From: an uncultured bacterium
Lineage (GTDB): Bacteria; Patescibacteriota; Patescibacteriia; Magasanikbacterales; GWA2-37-8
Assembly (NCBI GenBank): GCA_937903605.1
Contig: CALCZC010000028.1
Span: 6,680 to 70,679 of the forward strand
Length of the DNA stretch: 64,000 nt
Direction of reading: 5' to 3'
In this document: positions 21,792 through 33,015 of the stretch, one piece after another
How the letters are laid out: the number at the start of each line of letters is the position of its first letter
How positions within the stretch are numbered: position 1 is the first letter of the stretch
The notes under the pieces: model-generated
What the model was told of the DNA's origin: nothing
Database searches by the model: none
What the model saw: the letters and a program-made list of their open reading frames with translations, nothing else
Program-made: the position numbers and the translations under genes

Positions 21792-21980
21792 TTTTGTTTA
21801 CCTCTGTATGTTTTGTTTTTAAACTCTTACCAACATATATAAAAGGAGCCTTATTGTAAAAGAACATCATACAAAGATAGCATATTTTTTGAAATATGTC
21901 AATACTCTGACTTGCTTTTTTCCTTAATTTTAGCTAAAATATCAACATAATCACAATTTTAGCTAATATTAAATAAAATT

Positions 21981-22862
21981 ATGTTTAATCCTATTGTAGA
22001 AAATGTTAAGCCAAGTAAAGATTATACGCTTCTTGATAGTGGAGATGGCGAAAAATTAGAACGCTACGGTGAGTTTGTTTTGCGTCGTCCGGATCCGCAA
22101 ACTCTTTGGCCAAAAAGTTTGAGCGAAAGTGTTTGGAAAAAAGCGGATGGCTATTTTGAACGTGCGGGGAAAAATGCAGGTTGGAAATTTAATAAGACAA
22201 TTCCCGAACGTTGGGTAATAGAATATGAAGGTTTAAATTTTTGGATCAAGCCCAGCGCTTTCAAACACACCGGTTTATTTCCGGAACAAGCGACGAATTG
22301 GAAGTGGTTTGGAACATTGATTGAAGAAAAAACAAAAAAAGGCGAGGAAGTGAATGTTTTGAATTTATTTGGTTATACTGGCGGCGCTAGTTTATTTGCA
22401 GCCAAATGCGGCGCCAAAGTTTGTCATGTTGACGGCAGTAAGAGTGCCATTGGTTGGGGACGAGATAATGCGGAAATTTCCGGACTCTCTGAAAAACCTA
22501 TCAGATGGATATTGGACGACGCGATGGAATTTGTAAGAAGAGAAATCAAACGCGGAAAAAAATATGATGGCATTATTATGGATCCACCGGCGTTTGGACA
22601 TGGTCCCACAGGTGAGATGTGGAAAATAGAAGAAGATTTTTTGAAACTGCTTGATGCCACACAACAAATTCTAACTGATAAACCGTTATTTTATCTTATC
22701 AACGGTTATGCTTCTGGATATTCGGCTATAGCTTATGGAAATTGTTTATTGCCGATGGAAAAAAAGTTTGGGGGAAAAATAGAAATTGGGGCTTTGACTA
22801 TTGAGGAGGAAAAAAGTGGGAGGTTGTTGCCGTGCGGCATCTTCGGTCGTTGGTCTAAATAA
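21981..22862 (+). CDS. Class I SAM-dependent methyltransferase (RlmI/K-like)
   Basis: TGLFPEQ, VLNLFGYTGG, IMDPPAF. Confidence 0.88.
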   Translation: MFNPIVENVKPSKDYTLLDSGDGEKLERYGEFVLRRPDPQTLWPKSLSESVWKKADGYFERAGKNAGWKFNKTIPERWVIEYEGLNFWIKPSAFKHTGLFPEQATNWKWFGTLIEEKTKKGEEVNVLNLFGYTGGASLFAAKCGAKVCHVDGSKSAIGWGRDNAEISGLSEKPIRWILDDAMEFVRREIKRGKKYDGIIMDPPAFGHGPTGEMWKIEEDFLKLLDATQQILTDKPLFYLINGYASGYSAIAYGNCLLPMEKKFGGKIEIGALTIEEEKSGRLLPCGIFGRWSK

Positions 22863-22911
22863 TAAAAATAAATAAAAACACCGCCCTTTCGGACGGTGTT
22901 TTTTTAATTTT

Positions 22912-23136
22912 TTAATATCCAAGTAAAGCCAACATCCCAATCACTCCGTGAAACACTCCCAATCCAAGTCCGATATAAGCCATGCGGAAATGCCATGTTG
23001 GAGCAATACTCATATTGCCTTTTCTATTTTGATATCCGATGTATGCTCCAAAAGCAAAACAAAGGAAAGTTGCCATTCCTCCCCAAGCGATCATAGGTAT
23101 TCCTAAAATCGGGGAAAGTGCCATTTGTGCGATCAT
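22912..23136 (-). CDS. Small membrane protein
   Basis: Two hydrophobic helices with His residues (WHFRMA, FHG). Confidence 0.65.
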   Translation of the reverse strand: MIAQMALSPILGIPMIAWGGMATFLCFAFGAYIGYQNRKGNMSIAPTWHFRMAYIGLGLGVFHGVIGMLALLGY

Positions 23137-23227
23137 ATTGATTTAATTAAGAATTAGTAATACTATTATAGCATAAAAAGAAATTAAAAGATTCAAAGAT
23201 TGAAAGATTTAAAGATTATGAACGGTC

Positions 23228-23316
23228 GTCATTCTGAGCACAGCGAAGAATCCCTTATCGTTTAACTTATTTCCTAAAGCATTGTTTAAGGGATCCTTCG
23301 TTTCACTCAGGATGAC
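23228..23316. repeat. REP/MITE-like palindromic element (GTCATTCTGAG...CTCAGGATGAC)
   Basis: Terminal inverted repeats; second copy at 51729-51814. Confidence 0.8.
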
Positions 23317-23369
23317 AATTCGTTTCGTAATTACGTACCCTTTCGTATTTCGTATCTATAGCACAACCT

Positions 23370-24035
23370 ATGCCTACGCTAAAAGTAATTTATGAAGATA
23401 ACCATTTGATAGCTGTTGTGAAACCGGCTGGTTTGGCGACTCAGGGGGATGAAACAAGGGATGTTTGTTTGATGGATGTGGTCAAAGATTATCTCAAAGA
23501 AAAATATAATAAACCAGGAAAAGTATTCTTAGGCTTGCTTCATCGTCTAGATAGACCAGTTTCTGGAATTGTATTACTAGCCAAAACTAGCAAAGGTGCA
23601 AGTAGATTATCCGAGCAAATCAGAAATCATGAAATGAAAAAAGAATACTCAGCATTGGTCATAGGAAAAATGAAAAATAAAAAAGGCACGCTCATCAATT
23701 TTCTCAAACATAATGAAAAAAATAATAAAGCGGAGATTTTTGATAGGGAAGTGGAGGGTAGCCAACGCGCCGAACTTGATTACGAAGTAATAAAAGAAAT
23801 CAAAGGAAATACTTTGGTAAAAATAAATCTCAAAACCGGACGCCACCACCAAATCCGCGCGCAATTCGCGCATCTGGGCCATCCGCTAGTTGGGGATATC
23901 AAATACGGCGCCAAAAATCCGCTACCTGACAAAAGCATTGCTTTGTTTGCGGATAAACTTACTTTCAAAACCGCGACAGGAGATAAGGAGGTAGTGTTGG
24001 AATATAACGATTTTGACTATGGAAAAGATACTTGA
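23370..24035 (+). CDS. RluA-family RNA pseudouridine synthase
   Basis: VKPAG, HRLDRPVSG, TGRHHQIR, GDIKYG. Confidence 0.93.
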   Translation: MPTLKVIYEDNHLIAVVKPAGLATQGDETRDVCLMDVVKDYLKEKYNKPGKVFLGLLHRLDRPVSGIVLLAKTSKGASRLSEQIRNHEMKKEYSALVIGKMKNKKGTLINFLKHNEKNNKAEIFDREVEGSQRAELDYEVIKEIKGNTLVKINLKTGRHHQIRAQFAHLGHPLVGDIKYGAKNPLPDKSIALFADKLTFKTATGDKEVVLEYNDFDYGKDT

Positions 24036-25317
24036 TTTACACATTCACTCCAAATATTCGCGAGCTTGCAGCCCGGATTTGGAATTGCCAAAAATTGCAG
24101 ACATGTGTGTGAAAAAGGGGATTGATATTGTCGCTACTGGTGATTTTACGCACCCGAAATGGTTTGAACATATTAAAGAGAATTTGGAAGAAGTTGGTAA
24201 GACAGGGTTATTTAAATTAACTACTTCACCTCAATCCTCTCCTTATAAAGGAGAGGAGGGCAACCCGACACGCTTCATACTTGGTACGGAAATTTCTTGC
24301 ATTTATCGCGACAAAGAAAAATGCCGCAGATTGCATTTATTAATTTTTGCGCCGAATTTAATAGCGGTGGAAAAAATAAATACAGAATTTGATAAAAGAG
24401 GATTAAATCGCAAATCTGACGGTCGTCCGATTATCGGGTTATCAGCCAAAGAATTATTGGAATTAATTTTACGCGCGGATAAAAGATGTTTTATGATTCC
24501 AGCACATGTCTGGACTCCTTGGTTTGCGGTTTTTGGTTCTAAATCAGGTTACGACAGTTTGCAAGAATGTTTTGAGGAAATGACTCTGCAAATTTTTGCC
24601 GCGGAAACCGGTTTAAGCTCGGACATCGTGATGAATAGGCGGTTAAGTCAATTGGATAAAATTACTTTGATTTCCAATTCCGACGCGCACAGTTTGGATA
24701 AGCTCGGACGCGAAGCTAATGTTTTTGATTTTGCGGATGAAAAAGAAATCACTTACGACAATATCGTGAAAATTTTAAAAACCGGAGATAAAAAGAAATT
24801 TTTATACACCATAGAGTTTTATCCCGAAGAAGGAAAATATCAATACGACGGCCATGCGGTTTGCGGAGTTTGTTTGTCCCCAAAACAAAGCAAGAAAGAA
24901 AAAAATATTTGCCCCAAATGCAAGAAACCGCTTGTTATCGGGGTGGAACATCGGGTGGATGATTTGGCGGACAGGGAAGCGGGAGAAATTCCTTGGAAAA
25001 AATTCGTGCCGTATAAATATATCGTGCCGCTGAGCGAAATTTTGGCGCAGATTTTGGGAGTCGGTTCCAAATCCAAAAAAGTTGTTGCTGAATATGAATA
25101 TTTGCTAAAAAATATCGGCAGTGAATTTTATATTTTGATAAAAGCCGGTAAAGAAGAAATAGAAAAGCACACCCATTATCCAGAGCTCTGGCGTGCTATA
25201 GACAACATGCACTCCGGCAGAGTGGATTTATCTCCGGGATATGATGGGGTGTATGGGAAGATTGGATTGATAGGGGAGAAAGAAATTAAAAAACCGGTGC
25301 AAAAGAGTTTGATATAA
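24013..25317 (+). CDS. Endonuclease Q family (PHP domain plus Zn ribbon)
   Basis: DLHIHSKYSRA, TGDFTHP, PAHVWTPW, SNSDAHS, GKYQYDGH..C..C..CPKC, GYDGVYG. Confidence 0.88.
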   Translation: MTMEKILDLHIHSKYSRACSPDLELPKIADMCVKKGIDIVATGDFTHPKWFEHIKENLEEVGKTGLFKLTTSPQSSPYKGEEGNPTRFILGTEISCIYRDKEKCRRLHLLIFAPNLIAVEKINTEFDKRGLNRKSDGRPIIGLSAKELLELILRADKRCFMIPAHVWTPWFAVFGSKSGYDSLQECFEEMTLQIFAAETGLSSDIVMNRRLSQLDKITLISNSDAHSLDKLGREANVFDFADEKEITYDNIVKILKTGDKKKFLYTIEFYPEEGKYQYDGHAVCGVCLSPKQSKKEKNICPKCKKPLVIGVEHRVDDLADREAGEIPWKKFVPYKYIVPLSEILAQILGVGSKSKKVVAEYEYLLKNIGSEFYILIKAGKEEIEKHTHYPELWRAIDNMHSGRVDLSPGYDGVYGKIGLIGEKEIKKPVQKSLI

Positions 25318-25564
25318 TCCGAATCTACAAATTAATCCCAGTAGCAGAACACTATTGTATTCGCTACGGGACAGGTATCCGAATTCCCCGAATTACCGCG
25401 ACATCCGAATTATTCGGGTGTTTTTATTTATTCGGAGCATTCGGATTATTGTAAAAAAAGACGGTCAGGATGGGGTGGGGATAGGAGTATTGACAAAACC
25501 GTCAAAATAGGGTAATGTAACTTGTTCTTTTTGTTTTTTATTTTTTTATTTTTTGGAGGTTTTC

Positions 25565-25750
25565 ATGCACAGTGGAGACAAAGATGATGCTGTAAAAGTA
25601 TCAAAAGACGGAGAAACCCAGGAAGAGTCTTCTGAAGTTGGTAGAATGTATGAAATAGCCCCTGTTTTCTTCACAAACGAAGATCCTGGAGTTGATAGAT
25701 TTATTAACTATCAGAAAAAGTTTTTCGAAAGAAATTTCGACAAACTCTAA
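25565..25750 (+). CDS. Small hypothetical protein
   Basis: GGAGG SD 5 nt before ATG; TTGACA element at ~25490. Confidence 0.55.
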   Translation: MHSGDKDDAVKVSKDGETQEESSEVGRMYEIAPVFFTNEDPGVDRFINYQKKFFERNFDKL

Positions 25751-25781
25751 GCGTTGCTTTATTCAGGTGGCGCTTTTTTTA

Positions 25782-25918
25782 TTCACCCCGTGAAATTTCG
25801 TCCCGATTTTATATCGGGACGAACCTGCCGAAGGCAGGATTTCACTGGGGTGAACCCTGCTAAACAGCGCAAAGCGCCAATTTTTACCTGAGGGTAAAAA
25901 TTATTTCACAGGGTAAAT
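25782..25918. repeat. Composite palindromic repeat (CCCCGTGAAAT...ATTTCAC.GGGGT family)
   Basis: Nested hairpins; related unit at ~62498-62532. Confidence 0.6.
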
Positions 25919-26080
25919 CCTAGTACCACCCTTGACTTATTTGTTTTAGTTTGGTATTATTTTATTCGAACGTAAACGTCTAAAAAGCGTTAAGAAATCG
26001 TGGCTGATTTTGAAACGTTATTTTTTGTTATTTAATTTATAAAATAAGCTCGTCATCGAGCTCAAAATCAAAGCATTTTT

Positions 26081-26509
26081 ATGCCTACAATTAACCAAAT
26101 CATCAGAAAAGGGCGCAGAGACAAAATTGTAAAAAGCAAAAACCCTGCTATGCAATTTACGATTGATAATTTACATCGTCGTAAAACTGTTTTTGCCAAA
26201 GGTTGCGCTTTTAAACGAGGTGTTTGCACCAAAGTTTATACTACTACTCCAAAAAAACCGAACTCAGCTTTGCGTAAAGTCGCCAAAGTTCGTTTGAGCA
26301 ACGGCGTGGAAGTTATCGCTTATATTCCGGGCGAAGGTCATAACCTTCAAGAGCACTCCATCGTATTAATTCGCGGCGGTCGCATAAAAGATCTTCCGGG
26401 TGTTCGTTATCATATTGTTCGCGGTGTTTATGATACTCAAGGTATCGAAAGTCGTCGCCGTGGTCGCAGTGTTTACGGAACCAAAAAACCGAAAGCAAAG
26501 AAAGCGTAA
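26081..26509 (+). CDS. rpsL: 30S ribosomal protein S12
   Basis: [27 protein letters not shown]. Confidence 0.99.
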   Translation: MPTINQIIRKGRRDKIVKSKNPAMQFTIDNLHRRKTVFAKGCAFKRGVCTKVYTTTPKKPNSALRKVAKVRLSNGVEVIAYIPGEGHNLQEHSIVLIRGGRIKDLPGVRYHIVRGVYDTQGIESRRRGRSVYGTKKPKAKKA

Positions 26510-26628
26510 TGCAAGTTCTAGGTGATTTATCGCGCTAAGGCGCTTGAAATATCGCTTCGCTTGTTTAAATCGTCTTTAACAATTAGAACATCTAGAACAA
26601 TTACAAACATCTAATAACTTATTAATAT

Positions 26629-27105
26629 ATGCGTGGAAAAAAAGCAATTAAAAGAGAAATTATTCCTGATCCGAAATACGGCAGTGTATTGCTTGCCAAA
26701 TTCATCAATTATGTGATGCAAGACGGTAAAAAAAATACAGCTCAAAGAATAGTTTATGAATCTTTGGACAAGATAGCGGCTTTGGCAAAAAAAGATGCCA
26801 TGGTTGTTTTTGAAGAAGCTATTCGCACAGTAGCTCCGCAAGTGGAAGTTCGTTCCAAAAGAGTTGGTGGTGCCAATTATCAAGTACCGCTCCCGGTTCG
26901 CGGTGAACGTCAAAATTCTTTGGCTTTCCGTTGGATTATCGGTGCGGCCCAAGCTAAAAAAGGTCAACCAATGGCTCAAAAATTGGCCACTGTTTTATTT
27001 GAAGCGTCCCAAGGATTGGGTGATGCTATCAAGAAACGCGATGATGTCCACAGAATGGCTGAGGCTAATAAAGCTTTCGCTCATTTTGCCAGATTCGCTA
27101 AATAA
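26629..27105 (+). CDS. rpsG: 30S ribosomal protein S7
   Basis: RVGGANYQVP, HRMAEANKAFAHF. Confidence 0.99.
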   Translation: MRGKKAIKREIIPDPKYGSVLLAKFINYVMQDGKKNTAQRIVYESLDKIAALAKKDAMVVFEEAIRTVAPQVEVRSKRVGGANYQVPLPVRGERQNSLAFRWIIGAAQAKKGQPMAQKLATVLFEASQGLGDAIKKRDDVHRMAEANKAFAHFARFAK

Positions 27106-27120
27106 GTAATTGATACAAAA

Positions 27121-27194
27121 TGTCATCCCCGCGAAGGCGGGGATCCAGGAAAAATTAAGATAGCCACTGGATTCCCGCCTTCGCGGGAATGACA
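27121..27194. repeat. REP-like palindrome (TGTCATCCCCGCGAAGGCGGGGATCCAG...CTGGATTCCCGCCTTCGCGGGAATGACA)
   Basis: Two inverted hairpin units between rpsG and fusA. Confidence 0.8.
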
Positions 27195-27235
27195 AAAATA
27201 AAAATTGAAAATTAAAAATTAAAAATTATTTAACT

Positions 27236-29317
27236 ATGCCTCGTGAATATCCTTTGGATAAAACTAGAAATATCGGTATCATGGCTCACATTGATGCCGG
27301 CAAAACCACTTTTTCCGAACGCGTTTTGTTTTATACCGGACGCAAACATAAAATCGGCGAAGTACATGAAGGTGCTGCGGAAATGGATTGGATGGAACAA
27401 GAAAAAGAACGCGGTATCACTATAACTTCCGCCGCTACCACTTGTTTTTGGAAAAACTATCGTATCAATTTGATTGATACTCCAGGGCACGTAGATTTTA
27501 CCGTAGAGGTAGAGCGCTCTTTGCGTGTGCTTGACGGTGCTGTCGCTGTTTTTGACGGATCCCAAGGTGTGGAACCTCAATCGGAAACCGTTTGGCATCA
27601 AGCCACCAAATATGATGTGCCTCGTATCGCTTTTGCCAACAAAATGGACAAAATGGGCGCGGATTTTTATATGACATTGGCTTCCATCAGAGAACGCTTG
27701 AGTAAAGATGCTGTAGCTATTCAATTGCCAATTGGTGCAGAAAGTACTTTTGCCGGGCTTATTGATTTGATAGAGGAAAAAGCTTATAAAGTTGAAGGTA
27801 AAAACGGTGAAAATATCGTGGAAATTCCGATCCCTGAAGACATGAAAGATAATGTTGTTAAATATCGCGCGGAAATGATTGAAAAAATTTCCGAAGCCAA
27901 TGATGAAACTATGGGAAAATTTTTGAACGGCGAAGCTTTGTCTGTTGAAGAAATTAAAAAAGCTATTCGTGAAATGGTTATTGCCAATCGTTTGTTCCCG
28001 GTAATGTGCGGTTCTGCTTTGAGCAATATCGGCGTACAGCTGGCCCTTGATGCGGTCGTTGCATATTTACCAGCTCCAACAGATGTTCCGGAAATCAGAG
28101 GAACTGATCCGGAAACCGGAGAAGCCATGGCTCGTAAAGCTGATGACAACGAACCTTTTTCCGCTTTGGCTTTCAAAGTGGCTACCGATCCGTTTGTTGG
28201 TCGTCTTATTTTCTTTCGTGTATATTCAGGTAAGGTAACTTCCGGTTCTTATGTTTTCAATTCTTCCAAAGGCGAAAAAGAAAGAATCTCTCGTATCGTG
28301 CGTATGCATGCCAATCACCGCGAAGATGTGAATGAAGTTTTTGCCGGTGAAATCGCCGCCGCTATCGGTCTTAAAGACACTATTACCGGTGACACTCTTT
28401 GCGATGAGGCTAAACCGATTGTTTTGGAAAAAATCACTTTTCCGGAACCGGTTATTTCCGTCGCGATTGAACCGAAAACCAAAGCTGACCAAGAAAAAAT
28501 CGGTATGGCTTTGCAAAAACTTACCGAAGAGGATCCCACTTTCCGTGTTCATACTGATGAAGAAACTCTCCAAACTATCATTGAGGGTATGGGTGAGTTA
28601 CATTTGGAAATTATCGTTGATCGCATGAAACGTGAATTTAAAGTGGAAGCTAATGTTGGCGCTCCGCAAGTAGCTTACAAAGAAACTATCAAAAATTCTT
28701 CCGAAGCCGAAGGGAAATACGTCAAACAATCCGGCGGTCGCGGTCAATACGGTCACTGCTGGTTACGCGTGGAACCGCAAGACGACAAAACCAAAGGCAA
28801 TTTTGAATTTATTGATGCCATCAAAGGCGGTGTTGTTCCTCGTGAATATATCCCGGCGATTGAAAAAGGTATCAAAGAAGCTATCACTCGCGGTATCCAA
28901 GCAGGTTATCCGGTAGTGGATATCAAAGTTACATGTTACGACGGTTCTTATCACGAAGTTGACTCTTCTGAAGCTGCTTTCAAAATGGCCGGCTCTATGG
29001 CGTTTCAAGATGCTTGTCGTAAAGCTAATCCGATAATTTTGGAACCTATTATGAAAGTGGAAGTTTTGGTTCCGGAACAATTCATGGGTGATGTTATCGG
29101 TGATCTTAATTCCAAACGTGGTCAAATCCAAGAAATGACAGATCGTGGACAGCTCAAAGCCGTGCGCGCTATCGTGCCATTGGCGTCCATGTTTGGTTAT
29201 ACCACCAACTTGCGTAATATCACGCAAGGTCGCGCCAGCTCTACCATGGAATTTTCTCATTATGCTGAAGTTCCGGGTAATGTCGCGCAAAATATCATCT
29301 CAGGAAAACAAAAATAA
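27236..29317 (+). CDS. fusA: Elongation factor G
   Basis: [31 protein letters not shown]. Confidence 0.99.
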   Translation: MPREYPLDKTRNIGIMAHIDAGKTTFSERVLFYTGRKHKIGEVHEGAAEMDWMEQEKERGITITSAATTCFWKNYRINLIDTPGHVDFTVEVERSLRVLDGAVAVFDGSQGVEPQSETVWHQATKYDVPRIAFANKMDKMGADFYMTLASIRERLSKDAVAIQLPIGAESTFAGLIDLIEEKAYKVEGKNGENIVEIPIPEDMKDNVVKYRAEMIEKISEANDETMGKFLNGEALSVEEIKKAIREMVIANRLFPVMCGSALSNIGVQLALDAVVAYLPAPTDVPEIRGTDPETGEAMARKADDNEPFSALAFKVATDPFVGRLIFFRVYSGKVTSGSYVFNSSKGEKERISRIVRMHANHREDVNEVFAGEIAAAIGLKDTITGDTLCDEAKPIVLEKITFPEPVISVAIEPKTKADQEKIGMALQKLTEEDPTFRVHTDEETLQTIIEGMGELHLEIIVDRMKREFKVEANVGAPQVAYKETIKNSSEAEGKYVKQSGGRGQYGHCWLRVEPQDDKTKGNFEFIDAIKGGVVPREYIPAIEKGIKEAITRGIQAGYPVVDIKVTCYDGSYHEVDSSEAAFKMAGSMAFQDACRKANPIILEPIMKVEVLVPEQFMGDVIGDLNSKRGQIQEMTDRGQLKAVRAIVPLASMFGYTTNLRNITQGRASSTMEFSHYAEVPGNVAQNIISGKQK

Positions 29318-29331
29318 TCACTTTGTTTAAT

Positions 29332-29366
29332 AAAAAAATCTCTCCGTTTTTACGGAGAGATTTTTT
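29332..29366. terminator. Bidirectional terminator after fusA
   Basis: AAAAAATCTCTCCGT-tttt-ACGGAGAGATTTTTT. Confidence 0.8.
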
Positions 29367-29377
29367 GTTTTTATTTT

Positions 29378-29764
29378 TTAGGCTCTGCCTATTCTTTTTC
29401 TAGCTTGTTCCAATTCTTTTTGTTCCAGTTCTTCCTGGGAAATGATTTTGGTTTTTGATTCTTCTCCTTCAAATTCATCCTCATCATAAAGAAAAGGATT
29501 GGATATGTGGATTTCTTCCAAATCTTTGATGTTTTGTTCGGTCAATACACTGCGACTTTTCAAGTCTTCGCGCTCCGCAATTTTCAACCTTTCTTCAAAA
29601 GGTATTTTTGATTCTTTTTCTATCTCTTTATTTATGCGTTTTTGTCTAAACTTCATTTCTTCGGCTTCTTTGGCTTCTGCCAAGTCCCATTTCTTTTTGT
29701 TGTTTGTTTTGGTCATATGATTTTTATGTTCTTGCGGATTAAAACCCGCTGTTTCTGATCTCAT
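29378..29764 (-). CDS. Hypothetical charged protein
   Basis: 128-aa Lys/Glu-rich ORF, tandem with the neighbouring gene. Confidence 0.7.
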   Translation of the reverse strand: MRSETAGFNPQEHKNHMTKTNNKKKWDLAEAKEAEEMKFRQKRINKEIEKESKIPFEERLKIAEREDLKSRSVLTEQNIKDLEEIHISNPFLYDEDEFEGEESKTKIISQEELEQKELEQARKRIGRA

Positions 29765-29781
29765 ATATTTAAAATTATTTT

Positions 29782-30642
29782 TTAAGTTGTTATTAGATTG
29801 TCTAAATCATTTTTTTCCGCAGAATTGACAGCCAGAGATTTTAAAACTTGTTCAAAGAACGATTTTCCTTTTTCACCGGACTCTTTTGAGATGTTTTGAA
29901 CTAAATTTTCAGGGCTTTCTTTTAGATAACTGCTAATTATTTGTATGTTCTTTTTACCTTTCTCTACCAACTTCATAGAATCGGCGCTACCGGGATCATA
30001 ATTTTCAGCTAGGTTTTCTATTTGTTTTAATTTTTCCAATACAAGCTTATCTTCCAAACTTATGGGTTTTCCATTTACCATTTCAAAGCCTTCTCTTAGA
30101 TAATCTTTGTAATCTATCGGCTTAGAGATCCAATCGGTTTGTTTGGAAATATCAATTAAAAAATTTCTAAAATTTTTCAATGATTCCGTTAATTTTTTTT
30201 CTGCAATGATTTCGCCTCCGCCTTCGGTTTCTCCAATAAGTTTTTCTTGTTTTAGCAATTCAGTTTCGTTATGTTTTTCAACTTCCATTAAAAACATCCA
30301 AGTGATATATAGGTCATTGAATTCCAATTTTTCTTCTTGGATTATTTTTTTAATAAAGATTTCTTTTTCTTCCGGAGAATTTAATTTTTCATATTCTAAA
30401 AACAATTTCCTCATTTTTTGATAGTAACCTTTTTTAAGTTCGTTGTTTTTAAATTCAGTGTATTCTATATCCGGTTTTAAGGGTTTTTTTACTTTCTTCA
30501 TATCTTCTTCAGCCATCTTTTCCAACACTTTTAATTTTTCTGATAATGCAGGGTCTGTGGAAGTGATATAAAAATCATCCTTTTTTTCAGGCTCTTTGTC
30601 TTTTTTTAAAAATTCATATTTTGTAGGAAAAGAATTTTCCAT
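29782..30642 (-). CDS. Hypothetical charged helical protein
   Basis: 286-aa ORF; upstream minus-strand TTGACA-17-TATAAT at ~30676-30704. Confidence 0.75.
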   Translation of the reverse strand: MENSFPTKYEFLKKDKEPEKKDDFYITSTDPALSEKLKVLEKMAEEDMKKVKKPLKPDIEYTEFKNNELKKGYYQKMRKLFLEYEKLNSPEEKEIFIKKIIQEEKLEFNDLYITWMFLMEVEKHNETELLKQEKLIGETEGGGEIIAEKKLTESLKNFRNFLIDISKQTDWISKPIDYKDYLREGFEMVNGKPISLEDKLVLEKLKQIENLAENYDPGSADSMKLVEKGKKNIQIISSYLKESPENLVQNISKESGEKGKSFFEQVLKSLAVNSAEKNDLDNLITT

Positions 30643-30905
30643 ATTTTTGTTTTATATTAGCCAATAAACGTTGTATTATAGCACATTTTAGCATGTTTGT
30701 CAAGCCCTTTTTGGAGCTTTTTGGCTAATACTAGCCAAAATAGATTTTTTAGTTCTATCAATATTTTATCATAAAATTTAAAAAAATCAAAATAGCTAAT
30801 ATTTCTTATAGTTATAGTCCATAGTCTGTAGACCGAAGTCCGAAGACCATCTTGACTTTTTCTTAACCAATGTTACAATAAAAAAACTTTTTAATAACTA
30901 TTTTT

Positions 30906-31484
30906 ATGCTTAATAAAATTTTAAAAGATTTGTTCAAATTATTGCGTCAAACCGAGGGTAGAGGTGTCTTGGCAGATAGTGATAACGGTGATTTATACGT
31001 TATTTTACCGGCTACCGAGTATAAGCGATTAACTGCTGGTACACATCATCAAATAGCCAATCTCAACGAAGAAGAAATGTTAGAAAAGGTGAACAAGGAA
31101 ATTGCTTTTTGGCATTCTTTACAAGAAGAAAAGCAAAAATATGAAGAATTTGAAGAAATTTTGCGTAAGAATAAAGAAAAAAAGAGTTTAAATAGGGCTT
31201 TGGAGCAACTTATCAGAGAAGATAGAAAAGTTAGCCAACCAGAGATAAATTTTAGCAGAAATGAGCGAAAAAATCCGATGGGTCCGGGTCTGGTTTCTTT
31301 GAAAGATGTTTTAACCACCCAAGATGTTTTTCGTCGTCGAGATGTGAAAAAAGAGGATTTTGAGCAGAAATTACGCAAAAAAACCGATCCTGATCAAGAT
31401 TTTTATCCTAGTAAATTCTTTGAAGAAGAAAATTTGAGTGATATTCCTCAGGAAGAAAATTTTTATCTGGAACCAGTTGAATAA
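30906..31484 (+). CDS. Hypothetical protein
   Basis: 192-aa ORF with its own TTGACT-17-TACAAT promoter; acidic C-terminus ending FYLEPVE. Confidence 0.75.
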   Translation: MLNKILKDLFKLLRQTEGRGVLADSDNGDLYVILPATEYKRLTAGTHHQIANLNEEEMLEKVNKEIAFWHSLQEEKQKYEEFEEILRKNKEKKSLNRALEQLIREDRKVSQPEINFSRNERKNPMGPGLVSLKDVLTTQDVFRRRDVKKEDFEQKLRKKTDPDQDFYPSKFFEEENLSDIPQEENFYLEPVE

Positions 31485-31525
31485 AGACTGAATAATGGGT
31501 ATTTTTGTAAGTTACAGATGACAAG

Positions 31526-31609
31526 CTGTGGATTATAAGCTATTCGCTAACTTGTGCACAAAATGTCCACAACGACCCTCTTGTCAAAAATTAAAATATC
31601 TGTTACAAT
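31526..31609 (+). promoter_or_regulatory. tuf promoter with upstream DnaA-box-like sites
   Basis: TGTGGATTA; TTGTGCACA-aaa-TGTCCACAA; TTGTCA-17-TACAAT. Confidence 0.6.
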
Positions 31610-31757
31610 GCAAAAGCTATTAAAAAACAGCTATTAACCAAAATGGTTACGGGCTGTTGTTTGATAACATTTTTTAATTTATTTTTTTCGCGGTTGGATC
31701 ACAAAACTTAAAACCCGACCACTCGGGAGAAGTGCCGCAATATTTATGTTAACCAAT

Positions 31758-32948
31758 ATGGCTGAGTTCGTAAGAAGCAAGCCACACGTCAACATTGGCA
31801 CTATCGGCCACGTTGACCATGGTAAGACAACTCTTACCGCTGCTATTTTGTCAGTTTTAACTGCACATGGCATGACCGCCCAAAATAAGGGCGTTGATGA
31901 TTTGGACAAAGCTCCAGAATCAAAAGCTCGTGGGATTACTATTTCTACTGCTCATGTAGAATATGAAACCGCCGCTCGTCACTATGCTCACGTAGACTGT
32001 CCAGGTCACGCCGACTATGTGAAAAACATGATTACTGGTGCCGCTCAGATGGATGGTGCTATTCTTGTAGTTTCTGCTACTGATGGTCCTATGCCTCAAA
32101 CCCGCGAACACATCGTGCTTGCTCGTCAGGTTGGTGTGCCTTATATTATCGTTTTCTTAAACAAAGTGGATCAAGTTTCCGATCCAGAATTGATCGATTT
32201 AGTAGAAGCTGAAATTCGCGATTTGCTCAAAAAATATAATTTCCCTGGAGATACCACTCCTATCATCCGCGGTTCTGCTTTGAAAGCTTTGGAAAACCCA
32301 AGCGATGAAGCTGCTTCCAAACCTGTTTTGGATTTGATGAAAGCAGTTGACGAATATATTCCGACTCCACAACGTGATGTTGATAAACCTTTCTTGATGC
32401 CGGTTGAAGATGTATTTTCTATCGAAGGTCGTGGTACTGTAGTTACTGGTCGTATTGAACGTGGTGTTATCCATATCAATGATGAAATTGAAATCGTTGG
32501 TTTAAGCGAAGAACCTGCTAAAACCGTTATAACCGGTATTGAAATGTTCAATAAACAATTGAAAGAAGGTCAAGCTGGGGACAACGCCGGCTTGTTGCTT
32601 CGTGGTACTAAAAAAGAAGATGTAGAAAGAGGTATGGTTTTGGCCAAACCTGGTTCTATCACTCCTCATACAGAATACGAAGCTCAAGTTTACGTGCTTA
32701 AACAAGAAGAAGGCGGTCGTCACAAACCATTCTTTGCTGGATATAAACCACAGTTCTATATCAGAACTACAGATGTTACTGGTGAAGTATTTTTACCAGC
32801 TGGCACGGAAATGGTGATGCCTGGTGATACCGTTTCTATCACTGTTAAACTTATTAAACCGGTAGCTATGGAAGACAAAATGAACTTCGCTATTCGCGAA
32901 GGTGGTCGTACTGTCGGTTCCGGTGTAGTAACAAAAATTATTAAATAA
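31758..32948 (+). CDS. tuf: Elongation factor Tu
   Basis: [29 protein letters not shown]. Confidence 0.99.
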   Translation: MAEFVRSKPHVNIGTIGHVDHGKTTLTAAILSVLTAHGMTAQNKGVDDLDKAPESKARGITISTAHVEYETAARHYAHVDCPGHADYVKNMITGAAQMDGAILVVSATDGPMPQTREHIVLARQVGVPYIIVFLNKVDQVSDPELIDLVEAEIRDLLKKYNFPGDTTPIIRGSALKALENPSDEAASKPVLDLMKAVDEYIPTPQRDVDKPFLMPVEDVFSIEGRGTVVTGRIERGVIHINDEIEIVGLSEEPAKTVITGIEMFNKQLKEGQAGDNAGLLLRGTKKEDVERGMVLAKPGSITPHTEYEAQVYVLKQEEGGRHKPFFAGYKPQFYIRTTDVTGEVFLPAGTEMVMPGDTVSITVKLIKPVAMEDKMNFAIREGGRTVGSGVVTKIIK

Positions 32949-33015
32949 TTATAAGCTGAGGGGGTGCAAGTAATTGCGCCCCCTTGGACTATAAAAGTTC
33001 TTTAATGTTAATCAC

